Counted from the stretch's first letter, positions 22,900-36,678 are shown. The stretch is 64,000 nucleotides of DNA from an uncultured beta proteobacterium (GCA_963725735.1 CAVRZM010000014.1:273668-337667), one strand, 5' to 3'. The notes: generated by a model from the letters alone, not told the origin. A program made the numbers and translations.

Positions 22900-23407
22900 A
22901 TGACGATCAAGGTAGGCGACAGGCTGCCCGCAGGCACGCTGTCCGAATTCATCGAAGTCGAGGGCAACGGCTGTTCGCGTCGGACCCAATCCGTTCAAGG
23001 TCGAGGACCTGACGAAGGGCAAGAAGGTCGTGATCTTCGGCCTGCCCGGGCGCGTTCACGCCGACCTGCTCGGCGAAGCACGTGCCGTCTACCTCGCGAA
23101 CTACGACAAGCTGAAGGCGAAGGGCGTCGCCGAGATCGTCTGCATGTCGGTCAACGACCCGTTCGTGATGGGCGCGTGGGCGCGCGACCAGAAGACCGGC
23201 GGCAAGGTCCGCATGATGGGCGACGGCAGCGCCGACTACACGAAGGCGCTCGGCCTCGAGTTCGACCTCACCGCGCGCGGCATGGGCGTGCGCTGCCAGC
23301 GCTTCTCGATGCTCGTCGACGACGGCGTCGTGAAGGCGCTCAACGTCGAGGCGCCCGGCAAGTACGAGGTGTCCGACGGCGACACGATGCTGAAGCAGCT
23401 CGGCTGA
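22900..23407 (+). CDS. Peroxiredoxin, Prx5/redoxin type (frameshifted)
   Basis: MTIKVGDRLP, FTPTCSAKHV (frame-restored), SVNDPFVMGAW, RFSMLVDDG. Confidence 0.9.
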
Positions 23408-23475
23408 TCCCCGCTCGCGCGTTCGCGAAAATGGCGGCCCCCGCGCGGCCGCCGTCCGCCGTCGTCGCGGCAACG

Positions 23476-24097
23476 CTAGCGGCTTGCGGGCGACGAGGTC
23501 GATGAGCGCGGAGATGCCTGCGTGTCCGGGGCCTTCCTCGATGTGCGCGTCGTACGTGGCGAGCTCGCGGATGTCCCAGCCCGTGAACTCGCGCTGCAGC
23601 CATTCGACCGTATACATGTTCTCGCGATGCGGTGGCCCGCCGGTGCCGTACTCGACCTGCTCGGGCCGGTAGCCCTCGAGCAGGAACAGGCCGCCGGATT
23701 TCACGGCCGCCTTCATGCCGGCGAATACCTCGGCACGATCGTCGGGCGGCAGGAACTGCATGAACACCGCCACCACCGCGTCGTATTGCGCGGCGTGCCA
23801 CGGCCAGCGGTAGATGTCGCCCAGCCGATGGTCGACGCGGACGCCGCGCGCGGCGGCCAACCGCTGTGCCTTCGCGACGCCATTCGGCGAGAAATCGAAC
23901 GCGGTGACGACGGCGCCCTGCTCGGCGAGATGCACGCTGTTGCGGCCTTCGCCGTCCGCGACGCAGAGCACCGTCTGTCCCGGCGCGACGAGATGGGCAT
24001 GCGCGCGCACGAAGGCGTTGGGCGCTTCGCCGAAGTGATAGCCGTCGCCTGCGTAGCGCGCCTGCCAGGTTTCGAACGGGTTGGCGAACCGGGCCAC
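23476..24097 (-). CDS. Class I SAM-dependent methyltransferase (stop probably frameshifted)
   Basis: VLCVADGEGRNSVHLA, VKSGGLFLLEGY, YGTGGP. Confidence 0.88.
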
Positions 24098-24099
24098 GG

Positions 24100-24956
24100 C
24101 TACTTGAACCGCGCGAGGATGCCGTCGAGCTGCTCGAGGCTCGAGTAGTCGATGACGAGGCGGCCCTTGCCGCCGCGACCGGCAACGAGCTTCACTTTCG
24201 CGCCGAGTTTTTCCGCGAGATCGTTCTCGAGACGCACCGTGTCCGGATCGCGGCGCGCGGCAACCGTCGCTGCCCGCTGCGCTTCGCGGGATTGCGCATC
24301 GCCAGCACGAGGCGCTCGGTCTCGCGCACCGACAGGCCGCCGTTCACCACGCGCGCGGCGGCCGCCGACTGCTGCGCGACCGTGAGCGAGAGCAGCGCGC
24401 GCGCATGGCCCATCTCCAGCGCGCCGTTCATGAGGTAGTCCTGCGCAGGCTTGGCGAGCTGCGTCAGCCGCAGCAGGTTGGTGACGGTGCTGCGCGACTT
24501 GCCGACCGCCTTTGCCGCGGCGTCGTGCGTGAGGCCGAACTCGTCGATCAGGCGCTGCAGGCCCCTCGCCTCCTCCAGCGGATTGAGGTCCTCGCGCTGC
24601 AGGTTCTCGATGAGCGCGAGCGCCAGCGCGTCGTGATCGGGAACGTTCTTGACGAGCGCCGGCACTTCCTTCAGCCCCGCGCGCTGCGCCGCGCGCCAGC
24701 GACGCTCGCCGGCGACGATCTCGAAGCGGTTGCCGTCGACCGGCCGCACGAGGATCGGCTGCATCACGCCCTGCTCGCGGATCGACTCGGCGAGCTCGTA
24801 GAGCGCGACGTCGTCCATGTGCGTGCGCGGCTGGTACTTGCCGGGGCGCAGGCGGTCGATCGCGATCGTCTGCAGCGCGCTTTGCTCCGGCTCGTCTCGT
24901 TGCCGCCGGACAAGCAGCGCGTCGAGGCCGCGGCCCAGTCCCTTCGGTCGGATCAT
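24100..24956 (-). CDS. parB: Chromosome partitioning protein ParB (frameshifted)
   Basis: [35 protein letters not shown]. Confidence 0.96.
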
Positions 24957-24966
24957 CGTTCTCCCC

Positions 24967-25791
24967 TCATCGGCGGCGATGCCGGTCGCCGCTTCGCTCC
25001 GTCCGCCGCAGCATCTCGCCGGCGAGCGCGAGATACGCGAGCGCGCCCTTCGATTGCGGCTCGAGCTTCAGCGCGGGAATGCCGTGCGACGGCGCTTCGG
25101 CGAGCCGCATGTTGCGCGGGATGATCGTGCGGAAGAGCTTGTCGCCGAAATGCTTCTCGAGCTCGGCGGTGACGTTGAGCGCGAGCGTGTTGCGCGGGTC
25201 GTACATCGTGCGCAGCAGGCCTTCGATCTCGAGCCGGGTTGAGATGCGCGCGCACCTTCTTCAGCGTCTGCACGAGGTCGGACAGGCCTTCGAGCGCGTA
25301 GTACTCGCACTGCATCGGGATCAGCACCGAGTCGCGCGGCGCACAAGCCGTTGAGCGTGAGCAGCGACAGCGACGGCGGGCAGTCGAGGATGATGAAGTC
25401 GTAGTCGGGCGCCACCTCGGTGATCGCCGACTTCATCTGCGACAGCGCTTCGGCCAGCGCGTCCTTGAGGCGCGTCTCGCGCTCCGGCAGGTCGACGAGC
25501 TCGATCTCGGCGCCGGCCAGCTCGCGGTTCGCCGGCACGACGTCGTAGCCGCCCGAAGGCGACGGCATGCGCACGTCGGCGATCTTGCTGCTCGCCCAGC
25601 AGCACCTGATACACGGTGGCGGAAAGCGCGCGCTTGTCGAGCCCCGAGCCGGTGGTCGCGTTGCCCTGCGGATCGAGATCGACGAGCAGCACGCGCCGCT
25701 TCATCGCCGTGAGGCTCGCGGCGAGGTTCACCGACGTCGTGGTCTTGCCTACGCCGCCCTTCTGGTTGGCAACGGCGATGATGCGCGTCAT
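24967..25791 (-). CDS. parA: Chromosome partitioning ATPase ParA (frameshifted)
   Basis: [43 protein letters not shown]. Confidence 0.96.
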
Positions 25792-26462
25792 GGCGGCTCC
25801 GGATTCGTTACGGCTTGCTGCATCACGACGAGATGGCGCGCGGCATCGAGACCCGGCACGCGCAGCGCGTGCGTGGCGATCACGCGCAGGTCGTCGGGCA
25901 CCTCGGCCAGCTCGGCATCCGGATGCACGCCCTTCATCGCGACCAGCCACCCCTGCGGCGCCAGATGCCGCGCGGAGGTGCCCGCGAACGTCGCGATGTC
26001 GGCGAACGCCCGCGAGATCACGACGTCGTACGGCGCCTGCGGCACGAGGGCTTCCACGCGCGTCGCGTGCGCGTCGACGTTGCGCAGCCCGAGCTCGATC
26101 GCCGCTTGCGTGATGAACGCCACCTTCTTGTGGTTGGCGTCGACCATGGTCACGTGCCAGTCGGGACGCGCGATCGCGAGCGGCATGCCCGGGATGCCGC
26201 CGCCGGAGCCCACGTCCAGCACGCGCACGCCCGCTCGCTGCGGCAGGTGCGGCAGCACGGCAAGCGCGTCGAGCAGGTGGTGGGTGACCATCCGCTCGGG
26301 CTCGCGAATCGCGGTGAGGTTGTACGTGCGATTCCACTTGGCCAGCAGCTCGACGAACGCCAGCAGCCGGCGCTGCTGGCTTGCGTCGAGGCCAAGCCCG
26401 AGCGCCGCCACGCCCCGCGCGAGATCGTCGGCGAGGTGCATCGGGGCTGCCGTGAGCGACAT
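25788..26462 (-). CDS. rsmG: 16S rRNA m7G527 methyltransferase (GidB)
   Basis: [32 protein letters not shown]. Confidence 0.96.
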   Translation of the reverse strand: MSLTAAPMHLADDLARGVAALGLGLDASQQRRLLAFVELLAKWNRTYNLTAIREPERMVTHHLLDALAVLPHLPQRAGVRVLDVGSGGGIPGMPLAIARPDWHVTMVDANHKKVAFITQAAIELGLRNVDAHATRVEALVPQAPYDVVISRAFADIATFAGTSARHLAPQGWLVAMKGVHPDAELAEVPDDLRVIATHALRVPGLDAARHLVVMQQAVTNPEPP

Positions 26463-26481
26463 GCGTTCGCCGATGGGCCGG

Positions 26482-28377
<1,896 letters not shown>

Positions 28378-28457
28378 GATTTTCCAGTACTTTTGCTGCA
28401 GGACAATTGCCGTCGAAGGGCGTCATTCTAGCCCAAGGGGGGACTTACCGAAAGCGA

Positions 28458-28473
28458 CGTTTCACGTGGAACA
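28458..28473. promoter_or_regulatory. parS: parS site 1
   Basis: CGTTTCACGTGGAACA matches the GTTTCACGTGAAAC/GTTCCACGTGGAAC consensus. Confidence 0.9.
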
Positions 28474-28516
28474 TGGTCATGCGTGGCATGAGCCCGGCGC
28501 TGGCCCGGCACCCCGA

Positions 28517-28532
28517 CGTTCCACGTGGAACA
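28517..28532. promoter_or_regulatory. parS: parS site 2
   Basis: CGTTCCACGTGGAACA with a perfect 14 bp palindromic core. Confidence 0.92.
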
Positions 28533-29528
28533 TCAGGTGAGTGCGCGCAACGTCCCGCGCAAGACCAGCTTGCCGGTCAGCCGCAGGGGAAGGCGAACGC
28601 TGCCCGGGTGGATGGCGGCCGCGACGGCCGCCGCCGCCATGGCGACGGTCGGCAGCCGGACCGTGGCGAGCGTCGCCGCCCGGCCGGCCGGTGGCGCGTC
28701 ATCGCCCCAACCGACGACGCTCAGGTCCCGCGGCACCTCCACTCCAAGCCGTAGCGCCGTCGCCAACGCCGCCCGTGCCAGGCGATCGGAGTTGCACAGA
28801 ATCACCGTCGGGCGACTGTCGGCGCCGGTGTCCGGTCGGAGGTGCTCGCGGAGCGCCGCATCGACGGCGTCGGGTTGCTCCACCGGCGCCTCGGTCACGG
28901 TGAGCCGATCGGCCAGCCCCTGGGCAATGCGCAGGCCGGCCGCGCGTCCAACGGGCTCATGAACGACCAGGACGTGCCGATGCGCCATGGCGCGCAACAC
29001 CTGCCCGGCCGCCCGCGCCGTCGCCCAGTCGTCCACGGCGATGTCGGCGTCGTCGGTTCCCGGGACGGTGGCGACCGTCACCACGGGGCGGTTCGCGAAC
29101 ACGCTTTCGTCGGCACCGGACGCACCCGGCAACCGAATGACTGTCGCGACGTCCTGATCACCCAGCCGGGCCGCCCCGGCCGACGCGTCGCCGGCTCGAT
29201 CGCCGGCGAGGGCGAGCAGCATGCCGAACCCGTCCCGGGCGAGCGCCGCTTCCAGCGCATCGACCAATGCCCACACGGCGGCATTCGCGGAGCGCGGCGC
29301 AAGGACGCCGACGAGCCGCGAATGCGCCGAGGCGAGTGCGCGGGCGGCCGGGTTGGGAACGTACCCGAGTTCGGCGATCGCCTGCCGCACGCGCGCCTCC
29401 CGTGACGCGCTGACGACCCCAGGCCCGGCCAGGACCCGGCTTACGGTCGCGGTCGAGACCCCGGCCTTGGCGGCCACTTCCTCGATCGTTAGGCGGGGAC
29501 GTCCATCGTATCGGTCGGGGTGACGCAT
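28533..29528 (-). CDS. LacI-family transcriptional regulator
   Basis: TIEEVAAKAGVSTATVSRVL, LGYVPNPAARAL, VPRDLSVVGWGD. Confidence 0.92.
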   Translation of the reverse strand: MRHPDRYDGRPRLTIEEVAAKAGVSTATVSRVLAGPGVVSASREARVRQAIAELGYVPNPAARALASAHSRLVGVLAPRSANAAVWALVDALEAALARDGFGMLLALAGDRAGDASAGAARLGDQDVATVIRLPGASGADESVFANRPVVTVATVPGTDDADIAVDDWATARAAGQVLRAMAHRHVLVVHEPVGRAAGLRIAQGLADRLTVTEAPVEQPDAVDAALREHLRPDTGADSRPTVILCNSDRLARAALATALRLGVEVPRDLSVVGWGDDAPPAGRAATLATVRLPTVAMAAAAVAAAIHPGSVRLPLRLTGKLVLRGTLRALT

Positions 29529-29613
29529 CCACGAGCCTCGATGTCAGGCAACTCGTTGAAATGCAATAGGACTTCGTGACCTGCCTTGACGAAGGCGACG
29601 ATCGAAAGTGACA

Positions 29614-29629
29614 TTGTAAACGCTTACAA
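29614..29629. promoter_or_regulatory. LacI-family operator
   Basis: TTGTAAACGCTTACAA near-perfect palindrome with central CG, about 85 bp upstream of the LacI gene. Confidence 0.75.
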
Positions 29630-29667
29630 ATCGGCGCCAAACTGCCGCTTCGCGATCGATCCCTTCC

Positions 29668-30654
29668 TCACATCAGCCCGGCCTCCCGAAAATACCGCAG
29701 CGCCCCGGGATGCAGCGGCACCGCCTGCCCTTTCACCATGGCCTGCTTCGTCACGTCGGCCAGGGCCGGATGCAGCTTGCGGAAGTCGTCGAAGTTGTCG
29801 AACACGGCCTTGGTGATCGCGTAGGCCGTCGCCTCGGGCATGTCCTCGCTCACCACCAGCGAGGCCATCGTCCCGAAGGTCGGCTGCGCCGCATCGCCCG
29901 GGCGGTAGAGGTTCGCGGGAATGTCGGCCTTTGCGTAATACGGACGTTCGGCCACGAGCGCATCCACGGGGGCGCCCGCGACGGGGACGAAGCGCGCGCC
30001 GCACGCCGTCACCGCATCCTGGAAGACCGGATTGGGGTGACCGGCAACGAACACGAACGCGTCGATCTTGTTCTCGCACAGGGCCGGCGCAAGCTCGACG
30101 AACTTGAGTTCGGCCGCCGTGCGCAGGTCCGCGCGCCGCACGCCGAATGCCTTCATCGCGAGCTCCATCGTCGCGCGCGTGCCCGAACCCGCGGTGCCGA
30201 CGCTCACTCGCTTGCCTTTCAGGTCCGCGAACGAGCGAATGTCGGCGTCGCTGCGCGCCATCACGGTGAAAAGCTCGGGGTAGACGGAGAACAGCGCGCG
30301 CAGCTTGGGCTGCGGCGCATTCGCGAACGGCGCTTCGCCGAGGCGCGCATGGTACTGCATGTCGCTCTGCGCTATGCCCAGCTCCACGTTCCCGGCGAGA
30401 ACGGCGCGTATGTTTGCGACGGAGCCCTCGGAATGCGCCACCGTGCAGCGAAGGCCGTGCTGCTTGCGGGTCGCGTTGACCATCCGGCACACCGCGCCAC
30501 CCAACGGGAAGTACACGCCTTGCACGCCGGCGGTGGCGATGGTGACCACCTGCCGGGTCGCGGCGTGGACCGGCGCCCACGCGGCCGCCGCGCACAGGAT
30601 CAGGGGCGCGACCCATGCAGTGCGCCTGGACCGCAGCGTCGTCGAGAGGCTCAT
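29668..30654 (-). CDS. TAXI-family TRAP solute-binding protein
   Basis: TIATAGVQGVYFPLGG, GSVANI, AQSD, DLKGKRVSVG, PLHPGALRYF. Confidence 0.92.
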   Translation of the reverse strand: MSLSTTLRSRRTAWVAPLILCAAAAWAPVHAATRQVVTIATAGVQGVYFPLGGAVCRMVNATRKQHGLRCTVAHSEGSVANIRAVLAGNVELGIAQSDMQYHARLGEAPFANAPQPKLRALFSVYPELFTVMARSDADIRSFADLKGKRVSVGTAGSGTRATMELAMKAFGVRRADLRTAAELKFVELAPALCENKIDAFVFVAGHPNPVFQDAVTACGARFVPVAGAPVDALVAERPYYAKADIPANLYRPGDAAQPTFGTMASLVVSEDMPEATAYAITKAVFDNFDDFRKLHPALADVTKQAMVKGQAVPLHPGALRYFREAGLM

Positions 30655-30766
30655 GTCGCGCAGGAAGGACGGCGGGCCGCCATGGCGACGCGCGCATGAC
30701 GCGACGCCGGCGGCAGGCGAGTCTAGCACGCGCAAAACGCGCGCCGGTCCCACGACCACCCGCGTG

Positions 30767-32452
30767 CTACGCGTGCTCCGGCTCGCGCAATTCGCGGCGC
30801 AGGACCTTCCCGATCGGCGACTTCGGCAACGCGTCGCGGAACTCGAGCTCGCGCGGCATCTTGTACGCGGTGAGTTGCCCGCGACAGTGCGTGAGCACCG
30901 CCTCCTTCGTGAGCGCCGGATCCTTCTTCACGATGACGACCTTCACCGCCTCGCCGGACTTGGAATCCGGCACGCCCACCGCGCCGCACTCGAGCACGCC
31001 GTCGAGCTCCGCGACCACGCTCTCGATCTCGTTCGGATAGACGTTGAAGCCGGACACCAGGATCATGTCCTTCTTGCGGTCGGTAATGGTCACGCATCCC
31101 GTCGCGTCGAGATGCCCGACGTCGCCCGTCTTGAGCCATCCGTCCTGCATCACCTTCGCGGTCTCCGCGGGGTTCTGCCAATAGCCGCGCATCACCTGCG
31201 GGCCGCGCACGCACAGCTCGCCCGTGTGCTTCTCGACGTCCCCCTGCCCGGTCCAGATCGGCAGCTCATTGAATCCATCGTCGCGGATCGAGATGTCCGT
31301 CGACGGGAACGGCATCCCGATGGTCCCGTTCCACGGCGTCTCCAGCGGATTGGCGCATACCCCGGGCGACGCCTCGGTCAGGCCGTAGGCTTCGGTGATG
31401 AACCGCCCGGTCAGTTTCTGCCAGCGCTCGGCGACCGGCTTCAGCACGGCGGCGCCGCCACCCACCACGACCTTCAGCGGTGCGAAGTCGAGCTGGTCGA
31501 ATCCGGGCGTGTTCAGGAGCCCGCTGAACAGCGTGTTCACGCCCGTCATCGCGCTCCACTTCCACTTGCGGAGCTCCTCGACGAAGCCATGCATGTCGCG
31601 CGGGTTGGTGATGAGCACGATGAGACTGCCCCACGTCATGAACGACAGCGTCGCGGTGAGGCAGAAGATGTGATACAGCGGCAACGGCGCGATCGCGATC
31701 TCCTGGCCTTCCTTGAAGCTCACGGAGATCCAGGTCCCCGTCTGCGCCACGTTGGCGAGGATGTTCCGGTGGGTGAGGATCGCGCCCTTCGACACGCCCG
31801 TCGTTCCGCCGGTGTATTGCAGGAACGCGATGTCCTCGCGCGCGATGGCGACCGGCGTGAGCGGCGCCGCCGCGCCGCGCGCCAGCGCGTCGCGGAACGT
31901 GATGGTTCCGCCGATGCGCCACGGCGGCACCATCTTCTTCACGTGCTTGACCGCGAAGTTGACGAGCCAGCGCTTGGGCGCCGGGAGCATGTCGCCGATC
32001 TGGGTGGTGACCACGTGACGCAGCGGCGTGCGCGCCATCACCTGCGCGAGCACGCCCGCGAAGTTCTCGACGATCACGATCGCCTTCGCGCCGGAATCCG
32101 CGAGCTGGTGCTCGAGCTCGCGCGGCGTGTAGAGCGGATTGACGTTCACCACGACCATGCCCGCGCGCAGGATGCCGAAGAGCGCCACCGGATACTGCAG
32201 AAGGTTCGGCGACATGACGGCGACGCGGTCGCCGGCTGCCAGGTCCGGCAAGTGCTGCAGGAAGGACGCGAACTGTCGCGACAGGCGGTCGAGCTCGGCG
32301 TACGTGATCGTGCAGCCGAGGTTGTGATACGCGGGACGGTCCGCGAACCGGGTCGCGAGCTTGTCGAGCATGTCCGGGATCGACGCGTATCGATCCGGAT
32401 CGATTTCCGCGGGCATGCCAGGGGGATAGTGCTGGAGCCAGGGCTTGCTCAT
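30767..32452 (-). CDS. fadD: Long-chain fatty acid--CoA ligase
   Basis: [47 protein letters not shown]. Confidence 0.9.
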   Translation of the reverse strand: MSKPWLQHYPPGMPAEIDPDRYASIPDMLDKLATRFADRPAYHNLGCTITYAELDRLSRQFASFLQHLPDLAAGDRVAVMSPNLLQYPVALFGILRAGMVVVNVNPLYTPRELEHQLADSGAKAIVIVENFAGVLAQVMARTPLRHVVTTQIGDMLPAPKRWLVNFAVKHVKKMVPPWRIGGTITFRDALARGAAAPLTPVAIAREDIAFLQYTGGTTGVSKGAILTHRNILANVAQTGTWISVSFKEGQEIAIAPLPLYHIFCLTATLSFMTWGSLIVLITNPRDMHGFVEELRKWKWSAMTGVNTLFSGLLNTPGFDQLDFAPLKVVVGGGAAVLKPVAERWQKLTGRFITEAYGLTEASPGVCANPLETPWNGTIGMPFPSTDISIRDDGFNELPIWTGQGDVEKHTGELCVRGPQVMRGYWQNPAETAKVMQDGWLKTGDVGHLDATGCVTITDRKKDMILVSGFNVYPNEIESVVAELDGVLECGAVGVPDSKSGEAVKVVIVKKDPALTKEAVLTHCRGQLTAYKMPRELEFRDALPKSPIGKVLRRELREPEHA

Positions 32453-32594
32453 GAACGCCTCCGTCGCCCCCGCCGGCGGACAGGAGCTTCGCCGGAAACC
32501 GTCACCGCCGACGGTAGTCGTTTCATTCTCCGTCCGGCGCAGGAGCGCGACCTTGTCTCGGGGCAACATTCGTGCGCGCGACGGCACCGCGCCC

Positions 32595-32623
32595 AAGAAA
32601 AAGGGCCGGCGAACCGGCCCTTC
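32595..32623 (-). terminator. Rho-independent terminator after pckG
   Basis: Minus strand AAGGGCCGG-TTCG-CCGGCCCTTTTT. Confidence 0.8.
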
Positions 32624-32679
32624 GTCTTCCCCTTGCCTCCTCCTGCTACCCCCTTGCCTTCTCCTCCACCACTTGTCCC

Positions 32680-34534
32680 TTACTGCGCCAGCCGCTGCGC
32701 CAGCCGGTCGCGTTCGCTTTGCAGCGCCGCCGGCCGCTTGGCCCCGAGCTTCGCGAACAGCTCGTCGTGCGATGCCAGCTCGCGCTCCCACTGCGCGCGG
32801 TCGAGCCGCATCACGCCCTCGAACAGGTCGGCGTTGAACTGCGCGCCGGTCCAGTTGAGGTCGCTGTACGCCGGCGCGAGGCCCACCGCGTTCTCGAGCG
32901 CATTGGCGCGGCCGCGGCAGCGGTCGACCACCCATTGCAGCACGCGCATGTTCTGGCCGAAGCCGGGCCACGCGAACTTGCCCTGGGCATCCTTGCGGAA
33001 CCAGTTGACGCTGAAGATGCGCGGCGGATGCGTCACCGACTTGCCCATCGCAAGCCAGTGCTGGAAGTAGTCGCCGACGTGATAGCCGCAGAACGGCAGC
33101 ATCGCGAACGGATCGCGGCGCACCTCTCCGACGGCGCCGGTCGCGGCTGCCGTGGTTTCCGAGCCCATCGTCGCCGCCTTGTAGACGCCCTCCTCCCACG
33201 ACCGCGCCTCGCTGACCAGCGGCACGGTGTCCGAGCGGCGCGCGCCGAAGACGAACGCGGAGATCGGCACGCCGGCGGGATCGTCCCAGGCGGGATCGAG
33301 CGACGGGCACTGGATGGACGACACCGTGAAGCGCGCGTTCGGGATGCGCGGCCTTGCGGCCGTTCCTGCCGTCGGCCGGGGTCCAGTCCTTGCCCTGCCA
33401 GTCGACGAGATGCGCCGGCGGCTCCTTCGTCATGCCTTCCCACCACACGTCGCCGTCGTCGGTCAGCGCGACGTTGGTGAAGATGACGTTCTTCTTCAGC
33501 ATCTCCATCGCGTTCGCGTTGGACTCGTACGACGTGCCCGGCGCCACGCCGAAATAGCCCGCTTCCGGATTGATCGCGTGCAGGTAGCCGTCGTCGGTCG
33601 GGCTTGATCCACGCGATGTCGTCGCCGATGGTGGTCACCTGCCAGCCTTCGTAGCCGGCGGGCGGGATCATCATCGAGAAGTTGGTCTTGCCGCACGCGC
33701 TGGGGAACGCCGCCGCGACGTACGTCTTCTCGCCCTGCGGCGATGTGACGCCGAGGATCAGCATGTGCTCGGCGAGCCAGCCCTGGTCGCGCCCCATCAC
33801 CGACGCGATGCGCAGCGCGAAGCACTTCTTGCCGAGCAGCGCGTTGCCGCCGTAGCCCGAGCCGTAGCTCCAGATCTCGCGCGACTCGGGAAAGTGCACG
33901 ATGTACTTCTGGTCCTTGTTGCACGGCCACTGCACGTCGCGCTCGCCGACGGCGAGCGGCGCGCCGACGCTGTGCACGCACGGGACGAACGTGCCGTCGC
34001 TGCCGAGCACGTCGTACACGGCGCGCCCCATGCGCGTCATCATCTTCATGTTGACGACGACGTACGGACTGTCGGAAATCTCGATGCCGATGTGCGCGAT
34101 CGGGCTGCCGATCGGGCCCATCGAGAACGGCACGACGTACATCGTGCGTCCGCGCATGCACCCGTCGAACAGGCCGTTCAGCGTGCGCCGCATCTCGGCG
34201 GGCGCGACCCAGTTGTTGGTGGGCCCGGCGTCGTCCGGGCTCTCGCTGCAGATGAACGTGCGGTCCTCGACGCGGGCGACGTCCGACGGATCGGACAACG
34301 CGAGGTAGCTGCCCGGGACGCTTCGCGGGATTCAGGCGCCGCAGCGTGCCGGCCGCCACCATCTCGCCGCATCAGGCGTTCGTATTCCGCTTCGCTGCCG
34401 TCGCACCAGACGATGCGCTCGGGCTGGGTGAGTGCGGCAATCTCGCGCACCCACCCCATCAGGCGCGGATGGCGGACGTACGAGGGGGCGCCTACGGATG
34501 CCGCGAGCGTCGCCAGGGATTCAGGCTGGTTCAT
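32680..34534 (-). CDS. pckG: Phosphoenolpyruvate carboxykinase (GTP) (frameshifted)
   Basis: [51 protein letters not shown]. Confidence 0.95.
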
Positions 34535-34655
34535 CGTGGGAATGGGAGCAGTGGCGTGGAAGGAAACCGCGTTCCGCCGTCTCGAAGGATCGCGCGGCGG
34601 TGACTCCGCATTTTAACCGCGCGGCACACGCGCGCCGCACACTGGTCGAGCGGCC

Positions 34656-35437
34656 TTACCGCTTGGCCACTATGAACAGGCGGCGAAACGGAAAGAGCAC
34701 CCGACCGTCGGGCAGGAACGGATACGCCTGCGCCAGGAGCGCACTGTACTCGGCGACGAACGGCCCGTGCTCTTGCGGCTCGAGCGCCTCCAGGAACTGC
34801 GGCAGCCAGCTCCCGCGCGTGAACGCGGCGACCGGATGCTCGCCGTCGACCGCGGGCATCACCTGCAGGTACTCGGTGGTCCAGATGTCGAGCGTGCGCT
34901 GCGTGCGGCGCGAGCCACCGGAAGTAGTCGGCGGGCGCAGCCACCGGCGCGGCGCGCAGCTTCGGCCCGAGCTTCGCGCGCCACCGCGGGCGCGCCGCCA
35001 GCGTGGCGATGGTCGTGTGCGACGGGGCGTGGAAGTTGGACGGCATCTGCACGGCGAGCACGCCGCCGGGCGCGACCATCGCCATCACGCGCGGAAAGTG
35101 CTGCGCGTGCGCCGGCAGCCAATGCAGCGCGGCGTTGCTGTACACGAGGTCGACGGGCGCCGGCGGGCGACCACGCCGCGAGGTCGGCCGCGACGTACGC
35201 GCACGGTGGCGCGCGCGGTGCGCACGCGCCTTCGCGAGCATGGGCGCCGAGCTGTCGACGCCGATCACGTGCGCGTCGGGCCAGCGCTGCGCGAGGAGAT
35301 CGCGTCACGTTGCCCGCACCGCAGCCCAGGTCGACGATCGTGCGGGGCGCGGCGAGATCGATGCGCGCATGAGGTCGAGCGCGGGGCGCAGCCGCTCGCC
35401 GGCGAACTTGAGGTATTGCTCCGGGATCCCAGCTCAT
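34656..35437 (-). CDS. tam: Trans-aconitate 2-methyltransferase (frameshifted)
   Basis: MSWDP, VDLGCGAGN, YSNAALHW, LAVQMP, LFPFRRLFIVA. Confidence 0.85.
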
Positions 35438-35506
35438 GGTCTCGCTCCTGTCCGGTGAATCCATCCAATGGGTTGCGGCGCGCACCGAGACGCGCACGAC
35501 AGCCGC

Positions 35507-36593
35507 TTACGGGCCGCCCTTGCGCCGTCCGCGATACCACTGGCGGGCGCGCGTGAACACGAGCGGCGTGGCCAGCAGCAGCACGACGAGCCGCGTGACG
35601 TGGAACGCGGTGACCAGCGGCACGCCGAGCTGCAGCACCTTGGCGGTGACGCACATCTCGGCGATGCCGCCCGGCGCGGTGCCGAGCACCAGCGTCGCGG
35701 GATGCTGAGATCGACCATCCATGCAAGCGCCGGCGCCGAAGCCGCCGACAGGACGATCGACAGCACCACGGTGAAGGCCACCGCGCCCACGAAGCGGTGC
35801 GCGCCGCGCAGGAAATCGCTCTGGAAGCGCGAGCCGAGCGCGCAGCCCAGCAGGCACTGGCCGAGGTTCGACACCAGCGAGCGGCACCGCGGAGAGGTCG
35901 ATGCGCGCGGCGGTCAGCGGGATGGCGACGGCGAGCGAGCCCAGCACGAACGCGTTCGGCAGGTTGAGCCGCTGGAACACGAAGCTGCCGGCGAGCGTGG
36001 CCGCCATCAGCAGCGCGAATCCCGCCGGGTCGAAGTCGCTGCGCGCCCTGCACGAACACGTCGGAGCCGTGCGCGCCCAGCGCGGTGACGCGTCGCGGGC
36101 ACGATCGCGACCACGATCAGGATGCGCAGGCTCTGCGCCGCGGCGATGCGATCCATGCGGCCGCCGAAGCGGTCGCCGAGCGTGGCCATCTCCGCCGCAC
36201 CGCCCGGCACGCTCGCGAAGATGCCCGTCGTCTTGTCGAGGCCGGCGAGCCGCGCGAGCGCCACGCCCGAGATGTAGCCGAGCGCGATCGCGAACACGGC
36301 GCCGACCGCGAGCAGGAACCACAGCCGATAGCGACGAGATGCACGACCTCGGGCGTGAAGTAGAGCCCGAGCGAGGTGCCGATGATCCACTGCCCGGCAT
36401 AGCGCGCCGCGACCGGCGCCCCGATATCCACGCCGCCGATGCGCAGGAACGCGATCGTGAAGAGCGGTCCCAGCATCCACGGGATCGGCGTGTGCAGCAG
36501 CGTGCAGACGTAGCCCGCGAGCCCGCCGACGGCGAGCGCGGCCGCCCATCGCGCCGCGGGATAGCGCGCGAGGACGCGCGAGACTATGGCCAC
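35507..36593 (-). CDS. AbrB-family duplicated membrane protein (frameshifted)
   Basis: PIPWMLGPL, SVPGGAAEM, TAPGGIAEM, VTAFHVTR. Confidence 0.85.
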
Positions 36594-36678
36594 GCCGGCA
36601 TCCCGCCGCTTCGCCAACGCCGCGGCACGGGGGAGCCGATGGTCGTGCAGAAGTCAGCCTGCGCCGTGGCGGCGCGGT

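Noticed and set aside
28458-28532. Repeat pair as a mini-CRISPR array
   Set aside because: Only two short palindromic copies matching parS, and no cas genes
30767-33547. 926 aa apparent PEPCK-FadD fusion
   Set aside because: A frameshifted pckG fragment reads through a clear terminator; fadD has its own ATG at 32452 with an RBS
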